64,000 nt of DNA from Felis catus. Lineage: Eukaryota. Numbering within the stretch: position 1 is the stretch's first letter; the number at the start of each line of letters is the position of its first letter. Positions 39,223 through 53,067 of this stretch are shown here, one piece after another. The notes below the pieces were generated by a model. That model was given only the letters and a program-made list of their open reading frames with translations, did not search any database and was not told the origin of the DNA. The translations under genes and the position numbers were made by a program. The stretch covers positions 204,602,001-204,666,000 of the forward strand of contig NC_058368.1 of NCBI RefSeq assembly GCF_018350175.1, in the 5' to 3' direction.

Positions 39223-39432
39223 GCCACCTCAAAGGACCCAGGCCAACTTAGGTATTGGCTGTCCTTGGGCCAACTGTTCAACATGGGTCCAATCAATCAC
39301 ATATGGGGGAGGAAGTGTGGGATTGTACTTAGCCTGGCCAGTTCAGTTTATGGAATAGTCTAGCACAGGGCTTCTCAGTGCAGGCTGAAAAACAGAATCT
39401 TCTATGGTGGCTTTAAAAATTAGACCCTATCC

Positions 39433-39645
39433 GGGGCACCTGAGTAGCTTAGTCAGTTAAGCATCCTACTTCAGCTCAGGTCATGATCTCAAGGTCTGTG
39501 AGTTCGAACCCCACGTTAAGCTCTGTGTTGATAGCTCAGAGCCTGGAGCCTGCTTCGGATTTTGTGTCTCCCTCTCTCTCTGCCCCTCCCCAACTTGTGC
39601 TATCTCTGTCTCTCTAAAATTAAAAAATTAACTTAAAAAAATTAA
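39433..39645 (+). mobile_element. Can-SINE nested in MER5-like element
   Basis: TSD aaaaattagaccc; flanks resemble MER5A. Confidence 0.9.
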
Positions 39646-40224
39646 AAATTAGACCCCACCCAAGATTAATTAGAATCTCAGAATTAGAATCTGCAGCAAT
39701 GGGGTTTAGAAAGTGACATGTTTTTAAAGCGATTCTGATGTATATCCAGAATTGGGATAGATGGTCTGGAGCACAAGGCTCTAGGTGGCAGATTCCTCTA
39801 GAAGGAGACTATAGTCTTAGGAGGCATTGTGATCCATTTGGCCAGGGCAAAGTACCTTTTCCACATGAAGAAAGGAACTCATATCTTCAGTCGTCTTGAA
39901 AAAAATGAGTGTGATTGCTTTGTGCTTATGAGCAATATTCTGGGAATTATGTCATTTTAGGGGTTCTACTGGAACCACCTTCATAGCATAAAGTTCATGT
40001 TGACAACTTTCTGTGCTTCTAAACTGTGGTAGAAAAACAAGCAGGAAAAAATGAATTATAATGTATGTAATCAGTTACAGCAATATTTTGCCATGGATCC
40101 ATATTCTTGAACATATTATTCCACAAAATCTGTCTCTTATGAGATAAACAGTCACATCTGTTTCTTAGGGTTATTTGTTATTCAAAGATCCATGTTAAAT
40201 TGTTTATCCTTAGAGAGATTCTTT

Positions 40225-40460
40225 CTTTGTCTTTCTTTTTTAATTTTTTAAATGTTTATTTATTTATTTTGAGAGAGCTAGAGAGAGAGAGAGCACAAGC
40301 AGGGGAGGGGCAGAGAGAGAGGGAAAGAGAGACTCCCAAGAGGCTCTGAGCTGTCAGCGCAGAGCCCGACATGGGGCTCCATCCCACAAACCATGAGATT
40401 ATGACCTGAGCCAAAATCAAGAGTAGGATGCTTAACAGACTGAACCACCCAGGCACCCCC
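40225..40460 (-). mobile_element. Can-SINE
   Basis: Full-length reverse SINE; TSD tttctttgt. Confidence 0.9.
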
Positions 40461-43344
40461 TTTCTTTGTGTTTGAAAAAGCTGACTGGCCGAAAATCCCT
40501 ATTGGGTCAGCCTGTGGTATCATGGTGATCCTTCCCTTTCAGTGCAGGGGGGCACAGCAGTTGACCCTTGGGTATGGGGGCGAGGGTGAGGGTTCCTCGG
40601 CCAGTCTTCCTGTTGCTCACTTCCTCACAGCCTCCAGTTCCAAAGCTGGCTGGAAGCTGCTGCATGAGAGAGCTCCCAGCTGCAGGACGCTGCCTTCATT
40701 GGGCAGGTCTACCGTGATGCAGTGTCCTGTTCACAGTGGATGCCTGGCAGATATTTGTTGAGTTGACTTGATGTGATGGGTTTACTGGAAGAAAAGAACT
40801 GCAGTTGACAGGTGGGCGCTCACAGCCTTGTGTTTTCTATAGAGTCCAAGTTTGCTCCACAAAGTGCCACCTGTTTTCTACATGGAAGCCACCTTGGTCT
40901 GCATGTCCTTGGGATAGATCCTGAAGCCCAGGTGGAATGTGTCTTTTCCTCTGTAGGGTATTTGTAAGAGACCTCGACTACCAATCATGCCACCTCATTG
41001 CCCCCAGAGCTTAGACTGGTCCTTGCACAGTCCTTAGACTGTTTACCTTGGAGGCAAACAGGACTTAACTTCCAGCTTCCCCTTTGGAATCAATGTCTTT
41101 CTTACCCACACATGCCACACGTTCTCTCAAGCTGTTCCCCTGCCCCTGTTAAAACCCGCTTTTGGAAAGAACCTGCAACTCATTTATCCTAAGAACTTGA
41201 GGTTTAAATGTTCTCATGAATTTTTGCATTTTAGGAAAGGTCAGTGGACAGAACTTCAGGTGAAGGAGGTTGCTTTTTGGTGGTAGAGCCAGGATACGGG
41301 CACCGAGGGGGTAACTTCTTGGTACCTTTGGCACCACAGCTGGAGTCTCCTACAGGCCTGCTCTGTCTTGTGGCGGCCTGGCTCTGTCAGAGGTGTGGGC
41401 TTGGGGCACAGCTGACCCTTAGAACCACTGCTAAAATCAGCAGAGAAGCAAACGTCCATTCAGCCACCACCATTTTGTGGTCTCTAAAGCATTTCATTTC
41501 ACGATTCCATTTTGTTTTCCTTTCCATGAGTTAGCCAAGGCATCTGGCAGCTACAATGTGGAGTCAGCAGGAACGGTTCTGTTTAGTTTTTGCCTCCTGG
41601 CAGTGTCTCAGATTTGAATGAGTTCTCGACCCCAACTGTGCTTTTGGAAGTTTTCTCAAACACAAGGAGCCTGCTAAAAGATCAAGAGTCTTAGAACGGC
41701 ATAGAATTCTATACCAAGAGGTCTAAAGGAAGCCTGTTCAAATGAAAACATCATGAGACCAGAAAAAACCATTCTTATGTGTGGGGCATTTATATATCCA
41801 GAAATGAAACTTAATAGGTAGATAAAACTCTAACAAACATGAGAAAATCTAGACTGCAAAAATAATATGGATAGAATGACCCCATTTTGGTAAAATACAG
41901 ACTTTGTAAAAAGACACAGAATATTTATTGTTTGCTTACTATGTACCAGCACTTAGGCGTTTTATATCCAGCACTCTATTAATATATAATTGACAAAAGC
42001 CCAGAGAGGCCGTTCTTATTATCCCCATTTTATAGATGAGCTCATAGAGGTTCTGACTTGGTCAAAGTTGGCTGAAGTCACATTGATAATATGTGGGAAA
42101 ATCCATGATCCATTAGAATACTGTGAACCATCACTGCATATATCTGCTGAGACAAATCATTGGTGCTACATCATAATATAAGTTGGTAAAGGATAACGAG
42201 TGATTTTTATTTTCTTCATTTTGCATATGTATATTTTCTACTCTTATGTTTATTTTCTAATTTTCTAATTTATTTTCTAATATTCTCTAATTTCTAATTT
42301 CTCTCAAAACATCTTCTGATAACAGAAGGTTATTCCTTAAGTAAGAAACCCATACCAAATATAGGCTTCCCCCACTATCCAAGAGTTGTGAAGTTGTAAA
42401 ATCTTCCGTAGTCAAAAAGGCATAAAGTGAAGAAGCAATTGCCATGAATTTACATGGAAACATTTTCGAGCATTCCCAGACCCCAAAAATAATCTCCTCT
42501 AGGTTTTCCTAATACTTCAAAACACATCTTACTTAAAGATGATAAAATAAAGATAAAGCACAGATGCTCACAGACCTACTCAAAAGCTGTAAAGGCTTGA
42601 TACCGAGATGCTGAGTGTAGTTCCCAGGGAAGGCGTTGGGTGGCGCCATTCTCGCTGCCTCTAGAAGACTGCGAAACCAATGCTGTGCGCTGTTGTCACT
42701 TTTTGCCTTTTTCGTGAAAGCAAAAATCCTCTTTGGATTTCTTTTGGTTAGCGGAAATAGGTACTAATGTAAATCTTTTTTGTACAAGCGAAAAGGTGTA
42801 AGGCAAACATTCAAAAAGCAGGGTAACCTGCTGCAAACAGTTTATAGATGAGTGAAAATATATTTACTATGAAAGAATGATTTTTAAAGTTTTAAGTAAA
42901 TTCTCTTTATTCTGTTTGTGAAACTAACACTTTAGTGTTAGTTTGCTAGGGCTTCCACAACAACGTACCACAGGCGGGGCGGGCAACCCTGATGATACCT
43001 TGATCATGGACTTCTAGCTTCCAGAACTGTGGGAAAATAGATTCCTATTGTTTAAGCCACCCAGCCTAAATCCCCGATTTTAGTGGGGGAGACAGATAAT
43101 AAACAAATACAGAGATAAAGAAGCACCCAGAAAATCCAGTTATGGTATGAGCTGTGCTAAGCCTTAAAATAAGATGAGGTGAAAGAGTAAGCCAAAGTCT
43201 GGATTATAGTACAGGGTAGGGGGTAAGACCAGGGACGCAGGGACTTCGGAGCCACCTCTCTCATTTACTACCTGTGTGACCTTGGGCACATTATTGTGGT
43301 AAAAAAAAAAAAGTCTTATAAAAAATCTACCATCTTGTCCATTT

Positions 43345-43550
43345 TTAATATTTTTTCAATGTTTATTTATTTTTTTGAGAGAGTGTGAGTGGGAGAGGGG
43401 CAGAGAGAGGAGGGTTCAGAGGATCCAAAGCTGGCTCGTGCTGAGAGCAGCAAGCCCGATGCTGGGCTCAAACCATGAGATCACGAACCGTGAGATCTTG
43501 ACCTGAGTCGAAGTTAGACGTTCAACCGACGGAGCCACCCAGGCGCCCCC
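43345..43550 (-). mobile_element. Can-SINE
   Basis: Reverse SINE; TSD-like ccatcttgtccattttta / ccatcttaaccattttta. Confidence 0.88.
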
Positions 43551-43890
43551 CATCTTAACCATTTTTAAGGGTACAGTGTTAAGTGTATCCACATTGTTGT
43601 GATCTTCAACACATTTTTGCCAGAGTTTGCCGGATGGGAAGATTGCCTGGACCCAAGGAAGACCCATCTCTCCAAAGAACAGTGAGAACCTGGTCTGAGG
43701 CAAGTCTCACCTGGTTGCTTAGGCTGAGGTCAGGGCCTCCACTCCTGGGGACTCTGATCTTAGAGCTCATGAGACATTTATCCTGGTGGTACCCTAGTGA
43801 AGTCAAAGTCTCTGGACAGACCACTGTGATCTCCCACATGCTGCCAAATGTGGCTGCTTGATTGATGCTCGATTGTTTGCAAAGAAACAC

Positions 43891-43930
43891 AGGAAGGAAG
43901 GAAGGAAAGAAGGAAGGAAGGAAAGAAGGA
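43891..43930. repeat. (GGAA)n-like microsatellite
   Basis: aggaaggaaggaaggaaagaaggaaggaaggaaagaagga. Confidence 0.85.
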
Positions 43931-44730
43931 TACAGTCAGTATTGTTGCTAAGCAACTTTTACCGTCTTATGTAGACCCAGCTTTCATGGTGTCAGCATTG
44001 GACTAAATGATATTTCTTGTGTAACTACAAAATGACCAATGTGCATGCTCCAAGGGCTCAGGATGCTGGAGAAACTGATTGCAAGTCTGCTTCCTTGAGC
44101 TTTGTTCACTAAAAAAGAAAAAGAAAAAGAAACATATTGTTTTTCTTCCCTACAGGCCTTTAGCTGCCTGGCATAAATTTGTTTTCTCATATTTTCCAGA
44201 AAACCTTGCCGTTGGACTGAGATCAAGAAAACTCTAGGCTTTTCTCAGAGCAAATGCAAATAAGATTCTGAGTGAAGTCTTCAACTCTGAGGAATGCTCT
44301 GTTTACTTTCACCCAAATACATGCTTACCTGGCCCCAGGCCTGGGGGGCTCTGTCTGGGCACTGCTGGTGGAAACCCAGGAAGACAGAAGCTGCTAAAAA
44401 TCTGCCAGAAAGCCAGTCATGCCTCTTCTTTCCCCCTAGCTGTTTTGCCAACTCACAATTTCCCTACCTGAAACCTCCTTTCCCAACCCAAAACACAGAA
44501 CCTTCTGAAGATTCTTGACTTCCTTATCAGTCACATCTGTACTTTTCATAGTGACTCTAAATTCTATTACTTGAGGGGAAAAAATTGACTTCCTTTTCTC
44601 AGGACAACTAACTACATATAATATATATTTGCGGTCACCAAGTTGACAAGGCATGAGTTTTGAGTCTCATTTGAAAGCTAGGAGGGTAGATAGGAGTCTA
44701 GCAACAACCTTAGGCCAACTCTTTAAATTG

Positions 44731-44939
44731 AGGGCACCTGGGTGACTCAGTTGCTTAAGCGTCCAGCTCTTGATTTCGGCTCAGGTCATGATCTCATGGT
44801 TTGTGGGTTCAAGCCCCACATTGGGCTCTGTGCTGACAGTGTGGAGCCTGCTTGGGATTCTCTCTCTCCCCCTCTCCAGCTCACTATCGATCTCTCAAAA
44901 TAAAGAAATAAAATTTTTTTTGAATTAAGAAAAAAAAAA
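44731..44939 (+). mobile_element. Can-SINE
   Basis: TSD AACTCTTTAAATTGA. Confidence 0.92.
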
Positions 44940-45739
44940 CAGAACAACTCTTTAAATTGAGTTGGTCCTTTTTCCAGCCCTGAACTATTCTGGCCAGGTG
45001 TGTAAATAGCCCCTCCGAGCTCCTTTTGAGCCCCTGGGAACCTTCAAGAAGCGGACTTATGGTTGAAAAGACAGAGATTGGCCTTTGGAGAAGCCTTTCT
45101 GGACTATCTAGGCTCCACCTGCCGTTCTTGCTGCCTTTCACCCCATTCCTCACTGTGCGCTAAAGTGATCTTTGAGAATACAAATCGGACATGTGGCACA
45201 CAAACTCCCACCAGGTCTGCATGGTCTGGCCCCTGTGCATGGCTCCTTTTCATCGCTTACCCTCTGCTCCAGCCACACGGGCTTTATTCAGTCCCTTCTG
45301 CCTGCCATGCTTCCTCTCACTATAGGTCTTTGCTCATGTTCTGCTCTCTTCCTCCAGCTTCATCTGATTAACCCCTCCATCTCACGTGGGTGGCAGCTCA
45401 GTTGTTAGCTCATCAGGGAAGCTTTCACCAACTCTATGAACCGGCTGCTTTTCCTGTTTTCTACTCGCTGTTACTTAGCACTTGCTGACATTCGTTCTAC
45501 TGTTAGACTACCGTGTCGTGAGCGTAGGGCTGAGTATCCTTCTGCTTTTTCTTTTCTGCTCTCCAATATACAGCTAGTGCTCACAGCAATATCAGTATCT
45601 AGATACTCAATACATATTTGTTGAATTACAGAAAAAACACATCTTAGGAACAGTGACCAAGACAACAAACACTACATCTTCCCTTCCTGGGATATCTTGA
45701 GATTTTTGCCATATTTTTTATTTTTATACTACTTTTAAG

Positions 45740-46125
45740 TGATAGGGTATCATTCTGACACCCAATTCCAATGTGCGTGTCTTTCCCCCACACCACCAAA
45801 CAATTCCCTGAGACCAGCTGGGTGTCCTACAATTTAACTCAATTCTGCCACTATCTACATGAAGATGGCATTAGATTCCACATGTGTCCCACACGACACT
45901 CCCTTCCCTCCCAATAAGATGTCCAGGTTATCACCTGTGTGTCTCACCACCCGGCTGTAGGTCAGAGGTTCCAAGGACCCCCTTCTTGGGTTTGATTAAC
46001 TGGCTAGAATGGCTCACAGAACTCAGAGAAACATTTTATTACCAGATTACCAATTTATGGTGAGAGGATATAACTTGGAAATAACCAGATCGAAAAGATG
46101 CATAGGGCAAGATATGGGGAAGCGG
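45740..46125 (-). mobile_element. MER21-like LTR fragment
   Basis: accagctgggtgtcctacaatttaactcaattctg...gctagaatggctcacagaactcagagaaaca. Confidence 0.65.
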
Positions 46126-47168
46126 GGGGAGGGGGGGGGCTCCCACCATGGGCCATGCAGGCCATCCTAGCAAGGGTATGAAGAGTTCACTGGACAGTGG
46201 TTTTCTGCTCCAGGCCTAGGTCTTTTTATAGTCCGATTCCTGAGGTGAGGGGAGCTTGTTAGAATATTGTATCACTTGATAAGTAAGACAATGTGTAGAC
46301 ATAGTTATCGCTACTATGAATTAGCAGCCTTTCAAAACTTACCATTGATTAAGTATCGGTTCTATAGTAGCCAAAAGGTAAATAAAAAGAAAGGTTATCA
46401 CCTAGATAATTTCATAAAAACCTATCAGCTGTACAATTCATCAAGAGAATTCCTTAGCTTTAAAGAATCTGGCCACAAAGTACAACCAAAAAACGTGAGG
46501 AAACAACTTTTCCAATGCTTCAGGGGTTCCAAAGTTTCTGAACAAGCAACTGATTATTCACCGAGCAGCACCGAGCAGAACTGGGCTAAGCATTGCAGGG
46601 AGAGCTCAGACTATCACATGTGCCCCCTACAACATAGTATCTACCTGCAGAGCTAGGAAATACAAGTTTAACAACCACTAAAATTACAGCAGTGGGAGAG
46701 ACTTAAGGCTCAGTGAATGGCGCAAAACGTAAGCTTGAGAGTCCTTTGAGAAGGGAGGTCTCATGCAGGCTGGTGGGCTTTGGAACCGCTGGGACTTAAG
46801 GTGGGGTTTGAAATAGCAAAATCAATGAACACTTCATGAGCACTTACGAAGCCAGGCATTGCGCTAGGTGCATACGTGCATTTTCTTATTCAGTCCTCGT
46901 AACAACTGTGCAAAGCTCTTAGGTAACAGAACCCCAACTATGTCAGCATAATGAAGGGGAAGCTTACTTGTCCTCACATAAGAAGGAGGCCAAGAGCGGG
47001 CGGTCTGGGGCTGAGGCAGGTGCTTGAGAAAACACCAGGCTCCAGCTCCTTCTAACTTCCTGCTCTACCGGCTTGGGTGTGGTTTTTTATCCTCGGTATA
47101 AAGTCCTTGACCGATCCACTTCGGGCGTTACATTGGCATCCCAGCAGAAACATAAAACCACAAGTGCT

Positions 47169-47365
47169 GGGGCACCCGGGTGGCTCAGTCAGTTGAGCAT
47201 CTGACTTTGGCTCAGGTCATGATCTCACGGTTCTTGAGTTTAAGCTCCATGTAAGGCTCAGTGCTGACAGCACAGAGCCGCTTAAGATTCTCTGTCTCTC
47301 TCTGCCCCTCCCCTGCTCTCTCTCTCTCTCTCTCTCAGAAATAAATAAACATTAAAAAACATAAA
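47169..47365 (+). mobile_element. Can-SINE
   Basis: TSD ATAAAACCACAAGTGCT. Confidence 0.92.
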
Positions 47366-49083
47366 TAAAACCACAAGTGCTAATAAAGGAAAGAAAAACT
47401 TCCCTAGGCCTCCCCAGCAGACTTCAGACCTCTGCTCCGTTCCATTGGTCAGACTGTGTCACATAGAGACCCCGGCTGCAGGACTGGCTGAGGAAGGGAG
47501 GTGTTTTTGTTTTTATTATTTAGCCCGAGTACAGAGCTGCTTAGAAACTTGAGAGCTGTGTACAGAGAAGGAAGGGAGTGGGTGTAGGATGGGCTGCTGG
47601 CAGGGCCTCTGCAGAGAGCACTGCCCCTCTCATTTTACACTTAAGAAAACCTAAGCATTAAGAGTTAAGTAACTTGCCCAGGGTCATATAGTTAATAAGT
47701 AGAAAAGCTGGACACACGCATAGGCAATCTGATTCCGGAGCCTGAACTTTTAACCCCGTGCTAGGGTCTGAACTGGAGAGCGGAGGGAAAGGCACTCTGG
47801 GGCAAGGGGGACGGTGTTGACAAAGGTGCAGAGAGGGGCGCCATGTGTGAGTGAGGCCCCAAGGCTGGAACAGGGGAGCCACCCCAAGGCGTGGTAGGAG
47901 ATAGGCTGGAACGAGTGGTTTGGGCTCATTCCATCTGCTTGGTTAGGTCTTCAGGGTCATGAGAATTGTCAGTCCTGAGATTGAAATAATGATAAAATAC
48001 ATAGGTGAGTGCTGGCAAGAAGCGAAAGCCTCGTCCAGAAGGCGAAAAGCCAAGTCAGCAAGTATGACCAGGGTCAGTTTATCAGGAGCTGCTAGATGTG
48101 AGCAGAGCCCAAACCCACAGTTCATGGCACATTCAACACTGAACTTGGGGGACTCTGGAGCAGCAGCAGAGGTGTGGTCCAGGTCTGTTCTGGAGAACAG
48201 ATGATTCCAGCTCCCCCAGAGCTGGAGGTCAGGGTCTGGGTCTGATGGTTTGGGTCAGAGAGGTGAAGAACTGGACCCCTGGATATGACATGCCTAAAGC
48301 CTGGTTGGTTTTATAGCAATATTTGTACACTTGAGCACCTTTGGAACGTTACTGTCAGCCTCCAGAGTCGAACACTTAACTTTCGATAGGATGTGATGAC
48401 ACCAGATGTTTTCCATCGGGACTTACTGCTTTCAAATATTAGCTTTACCTTAGTTATCTCACAGAGTAACTGGAGTGAGGACACAAAGAGAAAGGCAGAA
48501 TTCATAAGGAGGGGGCTCTTTCTGTAGAAGGACCAACCATATCAGGTTGAGCGCATATGCCTTTCTGCGTAGCTCCTGAGATGGCGCTTGTACCGTAAGA
48601 CTTCAGGGTCATGTCAGGAGACATTATTTATGAGACGGGAGACTCAGCAAGCCTGCACACGACCACCCAGAGTGGGAATTTTCCACACTGGCAGTGTTTA
48701 AGCAGAGCCTCAGAGAGAGGTTTCAGAACTGTTTCCTGCACGGGGTTTGAGGACTTCAAGTTTACGTCTTTTATAATTGTACAGCAAGCTCATCTGAAAT
48801 CATCTGAATTTTAGGCTCTAAGTAGTTAATCTGAGAGCATGCTGTTCTGAGCTGGCTGCCAACCAAACAGTAGGAGAGGCTTTGCAGAACCTTCTTCCTC
48901 CTCCCACATGTTTATTCTTTCTTCAGTTGAAAAAGCCTAGCAGTTAAGGTAGTTTGGGAAATAGTTATAATGACATTTCTCTAGCAATCGAGAGAATGGA
49001 ATTCAACTTTAGGTGTCACGCATTTATTTAAATGTACCAAGCCTCAGCACACATGTGCCTAGCCTTAAATGAAACCAGATGTA

Positions 49084-49411
49084 CAGATGATTCTTGAACA
49101 ATGTGGGGTTTGGGATGCCAACCCCCTGTGCAATTGAAAACCAGTGTATAACTTTTGACTCCCCTCAAAAACATAACTACTCACAGCCTACTGTTGACCA
49201 GAAGCCTTCTCAGTAACATAGTTGATTAACACATATTTTGTATGTCATATGTATTATATACTGTATTCCTACAATAAAGAAAGCTAGACAAAAGAAAATG
49301 TTGTTAAGATTGTAAGGAAGAGAAAATGCATTTACAGTACTGTATTTATTTTAAAAATCTGCAAATAAGTGGATCCATGAAGTTCAAACCCATGTTGTTC
49401 AAGGGTCGACT

Positions 49412-49412
<1 letters not shown>
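49084..49412. mobile_element. Tigger2-type non-autonomous TcMar DNA transposon
   Basis: TIRs CAGATGATTCTTGAACAA / TTGTTCAAGGGTCGACTG with TA on both sides (49082-49083, 49413-49414). Confidence 0.85.

Positions 49413-49413
<1 letters not shown>

Positions 49414-49445
<32 letters not shown>
49414..49445. repeat. (AC)n microsatellite
   Basis: About 16 AC units abutting the Tigger end. Confidence 0.95.
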
Positions 49446-49447
<2 letters not shown>

Positions 49448-50310
49448 ATTTACACGCACACATACATGAGAAGTAAATTCACATTTATTACAGCAGTTGA
49501 ACTCTCCAACTCTGGAACTGCTGAATTTGATCTCAGCTCCTCTACTTTCTAGAACCAAATCTGGCGGAAGCTACTCACCATCTCATCGCTTCAGGTGTGA
49601 GGATTAAACGAGCTGTGACCTATAAAAGACTTAGGATCATGACTGGCACATAAGAAATGATAACCATTACTGTAAACTGTTTAGAAAAACCAACTGAGCA
49701 AAGAAGAATGAAGTTACCCTTATACTAAAGGAGAACCACTGGTCATTCTGAGTATATCTTCCCAGTCTTTTTCATGTGCATGTCTTCTGTTTATTTTCAC
49801 TCTGGTCTCAGTGAATTTCTTGTAAAGGTTAGATTTTTTTTTCTTTTGCTTCTTGTAAAGGTTAGAATGTGTGCTTTAATGGTTAGATAATCCTGCACAA
49901 ATACGCATTCAGGATTAAACTATACACCAAAAGGTCAAAACTTGCTTTAATAGTTATCTTGGGGTCATTTTTCGAAAAGGGACAAATATTTTGCCATTTT
50001 CCCATTAATTTTCTAATCAGAGAAAGTATATATTCTTCTATTGGTTGCTTTGTTTGAATGTTTATATTTTTTAGTTACATAACCACAGAATATCTTAGGA
50101 CTGAAATGGATGTCTATTTACACGGCCTGTTTCAAAAGGGAAATAGAGTATATTAGTTGCTTTAGTTGTAAATTACTGATAAATTGCCAATAGTGTTTCA
50201 AATAGCTAACAGGTCCCTTCATCCATCTGATCTGCTCCTGCCTTCCTCCCCTTCCTTCCCAATGTAGAGAAGTCATTTTATTTAACATGGGTCTCTGCTC
50301 ACTTATTTGT

Positions 50311-50498
50311 TGGTTAAGCGCCTGACTTCAGGTCATGATCTCGTGGTTCATGAGTTCAAGCCCCACATCAGGCTCTGTGCTGACAGCTGGGAGCCCGGAG
50401 CCTGCTTCAGATTCTGTGTCTCCCTCTCTCTCTGCCCCCGCCCCACTCATGCTCTGTCTCTCTCTCTCAGAAATAAACATAATTTTTTTTTAAAAAAG
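50311..50498 (+). mobile_element. Can-SINE lacking 5' end
   Basis: Begins tggttaagcgcctgacttcaggtcatgatc; (CT)n and tail. Confidence 0.88.
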
Positions 50499-51497
50499 CA
50501 TACTGTTATACAAGTTAGAAAACTGAAGCACAGGGTGATAAAGTTCCAGTTTCCAGGAAGAACTGGAGTGGTGTATCCCTTATTTATTTCCTGTTCTCCA
50601 GAAGGAATATTCTCTACCTAATTTCTTCCCTTCTTCACGTGAGGATTTCTGCAGGCTCAGGGACCATGTGTCTCATTGGTGAACAATATCACCCAATACG
50701 TACATGAGAAACAATGGGTGATGATGACAATGTGACTATTTATGTTCTCTACAGTTCTAAGCTCTAAGTTGCATTATCAGACCCTCCTGGCCTCATTTCC
50801 TTAAGCCCGTGGCCTTGTTGCAGCACTGAGTTACTGTGCTAATGGTAGCCTTCTTTCTCAACTAACCATTTGCTATATCCCAGCGCTTTCTGGAGTCAAG
50901 GACAATGCTCCTAGGAGGACTTAAGGTACAGAGGAAGTACTTTTGTGCCTCTCAAACTAAACCATATAGATGATTATTTACGTGCCTAAAAAGATAGCTG
51001 CTTCCACAGGCTGCTGTTTTCTTTATTTCTTTTTAGAAGGACGATTTTCACGACTGCTTGCACCAACTACTGGAAGGGTTAATAAGAAGAAAATAGCAGA
51101 GGAGAGCCTAGAGCTAAATTTGGGTGCTGGCTCTACATATTTTGTTACTAAGATGTCTCCATGCTACCAGCATTACACTGAAACTGTGTTGTAGCAAACC
51201 CTAGTCTTAAAACTCCAAGAAAAACTGGGGTGCCAGGCTTCTGTTTGGTATTTTAAGGGCATGAGAAGAGTAAAATCCCTTCTGCACCTAGACTTACACT
51301 GTTAATAAGCCAGAATTTAAAAGATACACTTACATAAGTTGATACGTAAACCAGCAAAGAAAAGCACGAAGTGAAAGTATAATTTCCTCAATATACAAAT
51401 AATCTTGGTAATAAATTTAAAAAGGTGACCCAATTAATAGTAAAATAGCCAGCTGGCATGCACTGGCATTTCACAGAAGAGGACCTACAGATGGCTA

Positions 51498-51878
51498 ATA
51501 CTATGGTCTGAATTGTATTCGTCCAAATTCATATGTTGGAATCCTCATTCCTAGTACCTCAGAATGTGACTATATATGGACACAGGGCCTTTGAAGAAGT
51601 AGTTAAGGTAAAATGATGTCATTCAGATGGGCGCTAATTCATCATGACCGGTGTCCTCTCAAGAAGAGATTAGGACATAGGTACACAAGGAGGAAGACTG
51701 TACGAAGACAGAGAGAAAATAGCCATACAAACCAAGGAGAGAGGCTTCCGAATGAAATCAACTCTGCTGACGCCCTGATTTTGGACTCCTGGTTTCCAGA
51801 ATTGTGAGGAAATAAATTTCTATCGTCTGAGCCACCCAACATATGGTACTTTGTTACTGCAGCTCTGGTAAACTTACA
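51498..51878 (+). mobile_element. MaLR MLT1B-like LTR within an old L1 relic
   Basis: ctatggtctgaattgt...aaattcatatgttg...cctcagaatgtgact...gagccaccc...tggtactttgttactgcagc. Confidence 0.8.
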
Positions 51879-52220
51879 AATGATGAAATAAGCTCAAATT
51901 ACACAACAATTTGATGGTGGAAACAAGTACTACCATGTACTTTTAGGTGGGAGTATAATTTGATACACTTTGCCGTGCAATTTGGTAATAACGATCAAAT
52001 TGGAAAGATGCACTCCTTTGATCAACAATTTTACTTCAGGCAGAAATTATACGTCATTCACAAGTGCATATATTGTATAAATATGGTCATTCGTTCGTAG
52101 AGTGAAATTTTGTGCAATTTTTTTTTAAAGAATGAGGTAACGCTATGCACATTGACATAGAAAGATGTCTACGGTTTGAAAAGATGTCCATGATAAATTA
52201 TTAAATTAAAAATAGCTGTG

Positions 52221-52411
52221 GGGGTGCTTGGGTGGCTCAGTCTGCGAGGTATCCAACTCCTGATTTTGCCTCAGGTCATGATCTCACAGTCGTGGGATCA
52301 AGGCCTGTGTGGGGCTCTGTGCTAAGCATGGAGCCTGCTCGGATTCTCTCCCTCCCTCTCAGTTTCTGCCTTTCTTTCTCTCAAAATAAATTAATAGACA
52401 TTGAAAAAAAA
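52221..52411 (+). mobile_element. Can-SINE
   Basis: TSD AAAAATAGCTGTG. Confidence 0.88.
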
Positions 52412-52854
52412 TAGCTGTGAAACAGTAAGTAGAAAATGACTATGTTTATTTATACCCAGTATATACTTTTTCACCTTTTTAGGATATAAATTAAGACCGC
52501 ATTTCCTTTTTTGAAAAGTTGAAGTATTTTTAATGAACACTATATAAACCCACCTGGTCTGATATTATTATACTCAGTCAGTTATTCTGTCAGAAAATTC
52601 ATGAGATCTGCTTTAAAATTTTATCAGAAACTCTTCAGATTTGAGAAATCATCAAACACAAGTCCTAGAAGACTTTTTGGTAGTACATACATATGTAAAA
52701 TGGAAAGTGGCAAATTAAGACCACCATAAATTAATGTATGTTGTCTTGAAATATCCATTTAACTGAGATGAGAGGTGTGGTTCTCCTATATGAACCTGGC
52801 TTCTTTGCAAACTGGATAGCATGTTAGACATGGTCTTGGAGACAGCTCTCCAAG

Positions 52855-53067
52855 TTTTTTTTTTTAAGTTGATTTTTATTTATTTTGAGAGAGAGATAAA
52901 GAGCAAATGGGGGAAGGGAAGAGAGAGAGGGAGACAGAATCCCAAGAAGGCTCTGTGCTGTCAGTGGAGAGCCTGATGTGGGGCTCAAACCCATGAACTG
53001 TGAGATGATGGCCTGAGCCAAAACGAAGAGTTGGACGCTTAACTGACTGACCCACCCAGGTGCCCCA
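52855..53067 (-). mobile_element. Can-SINE
   Basis: TSD AGCTCTCCA. Confidence 0.9.

Noticed and set aside
46267..46656. 129-aa ORF on + strand
   Set aside because: Non-ATG start, no motif or exon signals I can support.
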